A stretch of 64,000 nt of DNA, from contig CAWJYV010000010.1 of assembly GCA_963847185.1 (NCBI GenBank), positions 64,001 to 128,000 on the forward strand. The letters are read 5' to 3'. The notes under the pieces are model-generated. The model was not told the DNA's origin. It made no database searches and saw nothing but the letters and a program-made list of their open reading frames with translations. The stretch is from an uncultured Methanosarcinaceae archaeon. GTDB lineage: Archaea > Halobacteriota > Methanosarcinia > Methanosarcinales > Methanosarcinaceae. The position numbers and the translations under genes are program-made. Below, piece after piece: positions 56,811-64,000 of this stretch (position 1 is its first letter; each line of letters starts with the position of its first letter).

Positions 56811-57377
56811 ATGTATATAATGAGCATTTTTGACAGAAAAACCAATACGGAAAAGATGATTTGATTACAGAAAATATGTTCGATTAAAAAAAGATGATCA
56901 GATGAAGATTCGATGTCTTCATCTTATCTTACGCTTTTTTACTTTTATCCGGAAGTTTTAAATTATTTTCAGGAAGCATTTTGAGCTTGTTTTAGCTATT
57001 GGATTTTTACATTTCTTATTTTTGTATAATGATCCTCATTTCACAGATATACATAGAGACACTTTTTTGCAGATTTGCTCTGTTTTATCTGTTGGAAATG
57101 AGCTCGATTTTAAGTTAATTCCATACTGAGGAAAACTGTAACGTTTTCGTGAACTTCTTTAGAAAATTGTTTTTTAACCAGTATATTTATATTGTTTTGT
57201 ACTTAATTTTCCCACTTCACAAGTGATATTACAAATTGTTTAAATTAAACAAGCTTACATATAAACGCACACAGCTTACTTAGTCACTATTTATGTTTGC
57301 ATTAAACACATTTTTTAAAATCGAATTGATATGGCAGAAATTTAAAATCGCCTTCCTTAGTGAATGGAGGAATTGAA

Positions 57378-58769
57378 ATAAACAAATTAATTATTTCATT
57401 GTTAATTTTTCTCATTTTATTATTAAGCTCAGGTATTAGCACGGCAGCTGAGATTTTTGTTCAGCCGGGAGATTCGATACAGGCTGCTGTGAATAATGCG
57501 GTTACAAATGATGTAATTATCGTAAAACCCGGGAACTATAATGACAATATCAAAATAACCGTACATAATCTGACAATAAAGTCCGAATCCGGTAACCCTG
57601 TAGATACAGTGATTATTGCTAAAGACCCTGCTTTAGATGTTTTTACTGTAGAATCAACTAAAGTTACAATTAACGGGTTTAAGATTGAAGGAGCCAGTCT
57701 TAATCATTCAGGAATATATATGAATCAGTGCAAGAACTGCACTGTTGAGAATAACAGACTTTTGGAAAACTTCGTTGGGGTATATCTGAAAAATTCAGAG
57801 AATAACCTGATTCATGACAATTTGGTTGGTAAAGCTGATCACGGTATTGTCCTTGATCATTCTAACTATAATACGGTTTCAGATAACAGAGCCTCGAAAA
57901 ACAGATACGGAATTTATCTCCCAAATTCTAACAAAAATCTTGTAACAACTAATACTCTTTCAGAAAACAAAGATTATGGAATCCTGTTCTCAACTGCAGT
58001 TGGCAACACCCTCTCCGAAAACGAGGCATTTGATAACGGTAGAGGCGTTCATTTTGGCAATTCTGATGAGAATACGATTTCGAACAACAGGATTTATTCG
58101 AATAAAGTTTACGGGCTTTTCATCTGCCCAAGAAGCGATAAAAATCTGGTCTTCAACAATTATTTCAACAATACTGTTAATGCCCTCCCGAATAATGGGA
58201 CAGATAATTCCTATAATATGGAGAAAACCTCAGGTGAAAATATTGCCGGTGGTCCTTATCTTGCAGGAAACTTCTGGGCATTACCCAATGGTACAGGCTT
58301 TTCGGAAACTGCAGTTGATGCGAATGGAGACGGCATTGCAGATGAGAAATTTAAGATTGAAGTAAATAGCAGCTATATTGATTACCTGCCCCTTGTAGCA
58401 ATTAAACATACAGAGTCAATTCTTCCTGCTGCAAACTTCAGCGCAAATACTACAGGTGGTCCTGCTCCTCTTTATGTTACGTTTACCGACCTTTCGGGAA
58501 ATGAAACTGGAAGAAACTGGGATTTTGAAAGCGACGGAAACATTGATTCTGAAGAGGAAAGTCCGGTTCACAAATATCCAGATCCCGGAATCTACACTGT
58601 AAATCTTACAGCTAGTAATGAAAACGGAACTGCCTCTAAAAATATAATAATAAGTGTAACAGCAGAAAGTGCAGAGACAAAGCAAAATGGAATTATGAAT
58701 ATGCCGGGTTTTGAATTGGTTTACGAAGTTATTGGCCTGCTTGCAGTCTTCCTGTACATCAGAAACTAA
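57378..58769 (+). CDS. Cell-surface protein: NosD + PKD + PGF-CTERM (probable ATA start)
   Basis: GGAGG 7 nt before ATA AAC AAA TTA; terminal MPGF. Confidence 0.88.
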   Translation: MNKLIISLLIFLILLLSSGISTAAEIFVQPGDSIQAAVNNAVTNDVIIVKPGNYNDNIKITVHNLTIKSESGNPVDTVIIAKDPALDVFTVESTKVTINGFKIEGASLNHSGIYMNQCKNCTVENNRLLENFVGVYLKNSENNLIHDNLVGKADHGIVLDHSNYNTVSDNRASKNRYGIYLPNSNKNLVTTNTLSENKDYGILFSTAVGNTLSENEAFDNGRGVHFGNSDENTISNNRIYSNKVYGLFICPRSDKNLVFNNYFNNTVNALPNNGTDNSYNMEKTSGENIAGGPYLAGNFWALPNGTGFSETAVDANGDGIADEKFKIEVNSSYIDYLPLVAIKHTESILPAANFSANTTGGPAPLYVTFTDLSGNETGRNWDFESDGNIDSEEESPVHKYPDPGIYTVNLTASNENGTASKNIIISVTAESAETKQNGIMNMPGFELVYEVIGLLAVFLYIRN

Positions 58770-58882
58770 AAAGAATATCGGAAGAGTGAAAGCGCATTAG
58801 ATAAATGGAAAAAATGTATAGAAAACTAAAAGGTTGCAACTAACTCTGAAAAAAGAATTTTAACCATGAAGAAGGGATTTTC

Positions 58883-59539
58883 ATAAGGTCATGGGAAGCT
58901 TTTGATAGATATGCGGATGAATACGACTCCTGGTACGAGCGGTATAAACCTGCATATGAATCCGAACTCCTTGCTCTTAGAAAATTTCTTCCCGAAAACC
59001 TAGAAAAATTAAAAGCCCTTGAAATCGGAATTGGAACTGGCAGGTTTGCATATTCTCTTGGAATAGGATTTGGCCTTGAACCTTCAGGGTCTATGGCAAA
59101 AATAGCAAAAAAACGAGGTATTGAAACAGTTCTCGGTGTTGCCGAATTCCTGCCATTCAAAAAACAGAAATTTGACCTTATTTTGATTGTTACTGCAATT
59201 GCCTTTTTTAATGAGCCTGCCCAGGCACTCAGAGAAACGTTCAGGATCTTAAAGCCAGGAGGACAACTTATTTCAGGCATACTGGATAGAGACAGCCCTC
59301 TAGGTAGTATTCTCGATTCAGGGAAAAATTCAAGCAAATTCTCTTATGGGGCTCATTTTCTTTCAGCGACAGAAGTATCTATATTCTTGCAGGAAGCCGG
59401 ATTTGAAAATATTGAAGTCTGCCAGACTCTTTTCAGGCAGCCTGAGAAAATCGAAAACATTGAATTTCCGGAAAAAGGACATGGGAAAGGAATTCTTGCA
59501 GTGCTTTCTGTCAGAAAGCCTGCTAGAGAGCCTCAATGA
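58883..59539 (+). CDS. Class I SAM-dependent methyltransferase (ATA start inferred)
   Basis: In-frame upstream FDRYADEYDSWY...ALEIGIGTGRF; RILKPGG. Confidence 0.85.
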   Translation: MRSWEAFDRYADEYDSWYERYKPAYESELLALRKFLPENLEKLKALEIGIGTGRFAYSLGIGFGLEPSGSMAKIAKKRGIETVLGVAEFLPFKKQKFDLILIVTAIAFFNEPAQALRETFRILKPGGQLISGILDRDSPLGSILDSGKNSSKFSYGAHFLSATEVSIFLQEAGFENIEVCQTLFRQPEKIENIEFPEKGHGKGILAVLSVRKPAREPQ

Positions 59540-59602
59540 TAGGTTTAAACTGAAAACTAAAGCTCTTATCTGGAAATCAAAGCTCTTAACCGAAATTGAT
59601 GG

Positions 59603-59917
59603 CTAAATACAGTGTTTTCTTCTGATTTCCTTCAGTCTTTTCTTTCCTGTAGCTACAATGGATATCAGTTCAGAGTAGGAATTTTCTGAAAGTTCATTTC
59701 CCGGAGCAAGTGAATAAAGTTTTTTTCCGTCAGAATATAGAAGAATCCCATTCCAGGCTGCAAAGTGAGAACCTGATAAATATTCACAGGGCAGCTCCCA
59801 TTTGGATTTTACATTTTCAAAGCCCTCGAAACTGTAGAAAATAGTCCCGTTTTTGAAGATTTTTGTAAATTCCAACAGTATCTCAGCCATACTTTCATCC
59901 AATTTGCAGTTAAACAA
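59603..59917 (-). CDS. Hypothetical protein
   Basis: 104-aa ORF co-oriented downstream of fwdD; start uncertain. Confidence 0.4.
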   Translation of the reverse strand: MFNCKLDESMAEILLEFTKIFKNGTIFYSFEGFENVKSKWELPCEYLSGSHFAAWNGILLYSDGKKLYSLAPGNELSENSYSELISIVATGKKRLKEIRRKHCI

Positions 59918-59999
59918 GCCGTGAAAAAAGGAAAATAAGATATTTTTGCCGTTTTTAAGGAAATTTTTAAGGAATTTATTGAATTTACTGGAAAAGAAT

Positions 60000-60398
60000 C
60001 TAAAACGTGAGTTCAGTTATTTTTTCCTCTTTTGCACTGGTAACAGTTACAGAGATATCCTTGAATTTAGGTATCCCCGTACCCCCGGTTTCGTCCGAGA
60101 CCAGCATATTGGACAAGGGACTTTTAGGCATATATGCGATTCCCCTGTGAGGAGTCTCGTATCCGGATTCATCTGCTTTTACCACAACTCTTCCGAAGGA
60201 GTTTTTCAAGATGACAGTGTCACCTTTCTTCACGTTCAGCTGTTTGAGATCGGCAGGGTCCAGTTTTATAACGGCAGACAGGTCCCTGTACTCTTCTCCA
60301 AAGCGGTCTTCGAGCATAGCCTTATCCTGAAAGATGTCCCTGTAAGTTATGATTTTGACTTTTATCTCGGGAGCTGCAAGAAATGATCCGAAATCCAT
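60000..60398 (-). CDS. fwdD: Formylmethanofuran dehydrogenase subunit D-like (molybdopterin dinucleotide-binding)
   Basis: LDPADLKQL.VKKGD.V, YMPKSPLSN, TGGTGIPKFK. Confidence 0.85.
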   Translation of the reverse strand: MDFGSFLAAPEIKVKIITYRDIFQDKAMLEDRFGEEYRDLSAVIKLDPADLKQLNVKKGDTVILKNSFGRVVVKADESGYETPHRGIAYMPKSPLSNMLVSDETGGTGIPKFKDISVTVTSAKEEKITELTF

Positions 60399-61642
60399 TA
60401 GAGGGCCTCCGTTATTTTTCTGAGAATAACTTCATCAGACGGGTGATTTGTCTCAATAACCGGTTTAAAGCTCACTTTAACCCCGTCCATGCGTGTGGCA
60501 CTCCCATCTGCTTCTACTCCGCTGATTGCGGTATTGATGTAGACCTTTGAGTTTCTGGAGGTCAGGGTTTCGTACGGGTCAATTGTGATAACAGGAATTT
60601 CCAGCAGGTTTTTTGCAATAGTCCCTGGGAGAATTGAAAGAGGGTCAGAACCAATAATCAGGGCTGCATCCACGGTTTTTGCTTTAAGAGATTCAACAAT
60701 CGAATACTCGGGTCCGTGCTTTACAGTATCATTTTCGAATTTTACGCTGTTTACGTATCCTGTTTCTGCAAAGAGATTTTCGTTAAAGCCCATTGTATTA
60801 TAGTTTCCTACCATTGGCAGAAGGTGGAAATTTGCTTTTTCGTTCAGGATCTTCATAAGCCGGAAAAGAGGCTCGAGGTTTTCAAGCGAGTAGATTAGCC
60901 CCCTTCCTACAAAAATGACCCCAAATTTTGCTCCTTTAAGGATATTTGCCAGCTCAAGGATTCTCTTAGGGGGGAAATTGTAAGAAGTCTTGGGAAGCTT
61001 TCCTGAAATCCCTGCAATTATGGCATCGATAAATTCCGTGTCTCCTTTAGGAGGAACCTGGAAGAAATAGTTCCCGCAGATTTTTGCAGTATGTGACTTC
61101 CGGACATCTACTGCAATTGATGTCCTTTCTTCTTCCCAGCCCCGCTGCTTTTCACTTCCTCTGGGAAAGTAAGAATATTTCGAAAGAAGGCGAGGATGGG
61201 AATCCGAAGGGTCTGTTCCCCAATATATAATAACATCAGCTTTATTCCTTACATCGTCCAGGGTGCAGGTTTTGATCTTTTCATGAATAAGGGCCTCAGC
61301 CAAACTGCCCAGACAAAAAGAAGAGGTATCGTCAAGAGTAGCGTTGATTTTTTTTGCAAGCTTGATTGCTATTTTCTGGGCTTCATTGGTGGAAGCTCCA
61401 AGCCCGAAGATCAGAGGGTTTTTTGCATTTTTCAGGATTGCTGCAGCTTCACTTATTGCGGTTGCCTCATCGACAGACTTGTTGTCTACCTGAAAAGTTG
61501 CTTCTCCCTTGCTTTCTTTCATGTGGGCTACCCCTATTCTGCAGGCTGTATGAACTTTATTTATTCTGTTCTTTTCAGCTTCGGCCTCTATATCGTCGCA
61601 GAGAAGTCCGCAGCCTGTGCAAACATGATAGTTTTTCTCCAT
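60398..61642 (-). CDS. fwdB: Formylmethanofuran dehydrogenase subunit B-like with an atypical active site
   Basis: CTGCGLLCDD, TCTLDDVRNKAD, SHPRLLSKYS; FCLG and MVGNYN replace the canonical CHG and RGHYN. Confidence 0.85.
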   Translation of the reverse strand: MEKNYHVCTGCGLLCDDIEAEAEKNRINKVHTACRIGVAHMKESKGEATFQVDNKSVDEATAISEAAAILKNAKNPLIFGLGASTNEAQKIAIKLAKKINATLDDTSSFCLGSLAEALIHEKIKTCTLDDVRNKADVIIYWGTDPSDSHPRLLSKYSYFPRGSEKQRGWEEERTSIAVDVRKSHTAKICGNYFFQVPPKGDTEFIDAIIAGISGKLPKTSYNFPPKRILELANILKGAKFGVIFVGRGLIYSLENLEPLFRLMKILNEKANFHLLPMVGNYNTMGFNENLFAETGYVNSVKFENDTVKHGPEYSIVESLKAKTVDAALIIGSDPLSILPGTIAKNLLEIPVITIDPYETLTSRNSKVYINTAISGVEADGSATRMDGVKVSFKPVIETNHPSDEVILRKITEAL

Positions 61643-61652
61643 ATCCGCTTCC

Positions 61653-62117
61653 TCACACGAATTCTATTGCCTCTACAGGGCAGGTTACTATACAGCCATT
61701 ACATAGAATTTTGTTCTTTCCAAAACGCCGGCATTCACCTACATTCTGGGCTTTTACAATGCCGTCTTCTATGACCAGGATTAGCTTATTAATATTCTTG
61801 GGAGCATTTCCCGAGCCTACTCCATAAGGATCATTTGCTACATTAGGAGGACAGGCAACTACACAATTTCCGCATCCGAAACAAAGGTCCTCATGCACTA
61901 TAAGACCTGTTTCGGTTGCACCTTCGGACGGTTTGAAGAGGTCGCTTATTTTTTCGTAGTTTTCTTTATATTTCGGCTCTTCCTTCAGGGGGGGGCAGTC
62001 CTCAGGTATGAGCTCGCGGGCCATGAGGGCTACTGCAAAAGCCATACATGAAGTTTTTCCGCATTTTTTGCAGTTAGTTTTTGGAAGCATCTGATAGAGT
62101 TCCATTGCATTTGTCAT
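61653..62117 (-). CDS. Fe-S domain + 4Fe-4S ferredoxin (FwdG-like)
   Basis: LPKTNCKKCG..SCMAFA; CFGCGNCVVACP; CNGCIVTCP. Confidence 0.85.
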   Translation of the reverse strand: MTNAMELYQMLPKTNCKKCGKTSCMAFAVALMARELIPEDCPPLKEEPKYKENYEKISDLFKPSEGATETGLIVHEDLCFGCGNCVVACPPNVANDPYGVGSGNAPKNINKLILVIEDGIVKAQNVGECRRFGKNKILCNGCIVTCPVEAIEFV

Positions 62118-62539
62118 TCCAGGTCACCCTTGAGTCAAATTTTATTTTTGTGTCAGCTTTTATTAAAGAATATGCAGGTTATTAAAGAGTATGTAAGTTA
62201 AATATACAGGTTAAATAGATGGTTACTAAGCAAAATTAAGAGTATCACTGAAAACACAGGTAAAATAACCTTCAGCTAGAATGTATCTAAGTAATCTACC
62301 TTAAACTCTTGCTTTTTAGTTTTCAGTATTATTTTTAGATTGCAGCAGGATACTATGCAAATCTATTTAATTAATTTAAGTCCTCACACTTAGATTTCCG
62401 AAACTAATAGCTTTCATGGTTTCCAGAATATCGGAGATCAGGTTTTCCTGGAAATAAAGTTTCCTGACAGATTAATTTCCCTGATCCCAGAAAACAATTT
62501 TTAAAACCTTTTACAGGCAGTTGAATAATACGAATTAAT

Positions 62540-62821
62540 TTAATTCGCTTTAAAGAAAAGTTCACAGTGGCAGTTTCCATCTTTCTCGATTTCTTCTTTG
62601 TGGTAGATGCAGGGGCATACTATCTTTTTATCCTCCTGTTCATCTCCGGTAACTATCCTGCAGGGACAGTAACGCCTTCCGAATTTTTCCTGCTTAATTG
62701 CAAGCCCATCAAGCACATAATCAAGGGCTTCTTTATCAGGATTAAGCCTGTAGCCTGCTTTACTTGCATATTTCTCAGTCCATTCGTACATTTTCTGTTT
62801 TAAATTCTGATGTTCGGTCAT
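62540..62821 (-). CDS. Ferredoxin:thioredoxin reductase catalytic subunit-like
   Basis: YCPCR, CPC and CHC motifs. Confidence 0.88.
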   Translation of the reverse strand: MTEHQNLKQKMYEWTEKYASKAGYRLNPDKEALDYVLDGLAIKQEKFGRRYCPCRIVTGDEQEDKKIVCPCIYHKEEIEKDGNCHCELFFKAN

Positions 62822-63820
62822 ACAAAAACTCCGTTTGCTTGTGAATTGGAATAGTCCTGAATTATCTGTGATAGACAAGGGTAGAATATTTACTGAAAAC
62901 AAAAATTTTTTAACTTCCTTGTATAATTCTTTAATTTCCTTGTATATTTGTAGTGATAACTTAAATCTAAAGTGCAACTTATAATTTTGGTTAAATTAGT
63001 TTTAAAAGATATACCTTTCTACAGGATTTATCTCGCCCACTACTTTATAAGTAATTTCTATCAAGTATTCTTTTCGAAAGTTTCCTTTAAATAAGTTTAC
63101 AGATTACGAATTAGGTTTTCAAACTATATATTAATTAATGGTAAATAAAACTGGTTCAAAGACACTGAAACTTTATATAAATGAAAGTGTGGGTAAAAGT
63201 CTGTCAATAATCCGATGTCCATGTTTTGAAAATTATTATGAACCTCTAAGAATCATTATGAAATATCCCAGTTAATTTTGTTTGTATGTAGAAGAACCAG
63301 AAAGTTAATATGCTTTAATTATTAATTCTAATATATAAATTAAATGTTATTGATTGTACCTGAGTAAGCCCTATCTTTAAATTTCATTTCATCAAACAGC
63401 ATGCATGTATTCAGCTTAAAGACAGAAGAGTTGTTAAAATGCCTTTTTTGTAGCCAAAATCAGATTTAAATAAAATTCTGGTAAAACCTTATGAGATAAA
63501 GGTTTTGATTTTGCACAAAACGTCTATATTTTTATTCAGTTCAGGAGAAAGAATATAGAGATACATGAATAAAGCAAATTAAGAATCTGGAAATAGGTAA
63601 TTTCGTTTTCAGGTCGAAAAAAGGTCTTTATGAATATTTACATAACTTTCGACTTTTCTGTATGGCAGAAATGCCTGGAAGTATATTTCCTAATTTGTTC
63701 TGATTATCGTTCAAAAATATAATTTACCATTATAACTCACAGACTGTATAATATAACGAAATCCAAATCATATCACGAAAGATTGCACACTTGAGTCATC
63801 AATATTAAGGAGTCACCAAT

Positions 63821-64000
63821 ATGAGAATCGGAGTCTATGTTTGCCACTGCGGGCTGAATATTGCAGGAGTAATAGACGTGGCAGCCCTTGAGGATATGGC
63901 AACTAAACTGGAAGATGTGGTGCTTGCCCGGGAAGTACAGTTTCTATGTTCCGATTCCGGACAGGAAGGCATCATCAAGGATATAAAAGAAAATAAAATC
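63821..64000 (+). CDS. hdrA: Heterodisulfide reductase subunit A (5' part, runs off the window)
   Basis: AGGAG RBS; MRIGVYVCHCGLNIAGVIDV...FLCSDSGQ. Confidence 0.88.
   Translation, partial: MRIGVYVCHCGLNIAGVIDVAALEDMATKLEDVVLAREVQFLCSDSGQEGIIKDIKENKI

Noticed and set aside
58840-61827. Long antisense ORFs (58840-59337, 59946-60386, 61196-61774, 61366-61827) and similar shadows elsewhere
   Set aside because: They overlap well-supported genes on the opposite strand and have no recognisable motifs

Overview
Archaeal chromosome segment, most likely Methanosarcina/Methanosarcinaceae. The evidence is IorAB, archaeal MAT, DGGGP synthase, HARP, Fmd/FwdB-D, HdrA and PGF-pre-PGF/NosD/PKD surface proteins. 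Layout: 1-14.4 kb AT-rich glycosylation cluster; 14.9-18.8 kb iorBA and a CooC-like ATPase; 20-28.7 kb a flippase bracketed by an inverted promoter/small-ORF duplication, then a GT4/GH130/GT4-cupin operon; 29-41 kb housekeeping genes; 41-47 kb a regulator island with MITEs, three HTH genes, a DUF488 gene, an IS1 remnant and four mutually homologous structured non-coding segments; 47.8-58.8 kb four beta-helix/PKD surface-protein genes; 59-64 kb a methyltransferase, an orphan fwdG-B-D-like operon, FTR and the start of hdrA. Best candidates for new biology: (1) the paralogous plus-strand structured RNA family among the regulators; (2) an FwdB paralog lacking the catalytic His and Arg, with no A/C subunits beside it; (3) the inverted promoter/micro-ORF duplication; (4) a 19-bp duplication that splits a GT4-cupin fusion; (5) a structured leader RNA at 34.3 kb; (6) recurrent AUA starts. 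Many single-base frameshifts are probably assembly errors. All alignments and base-pairings were done by eye and no database search was run.
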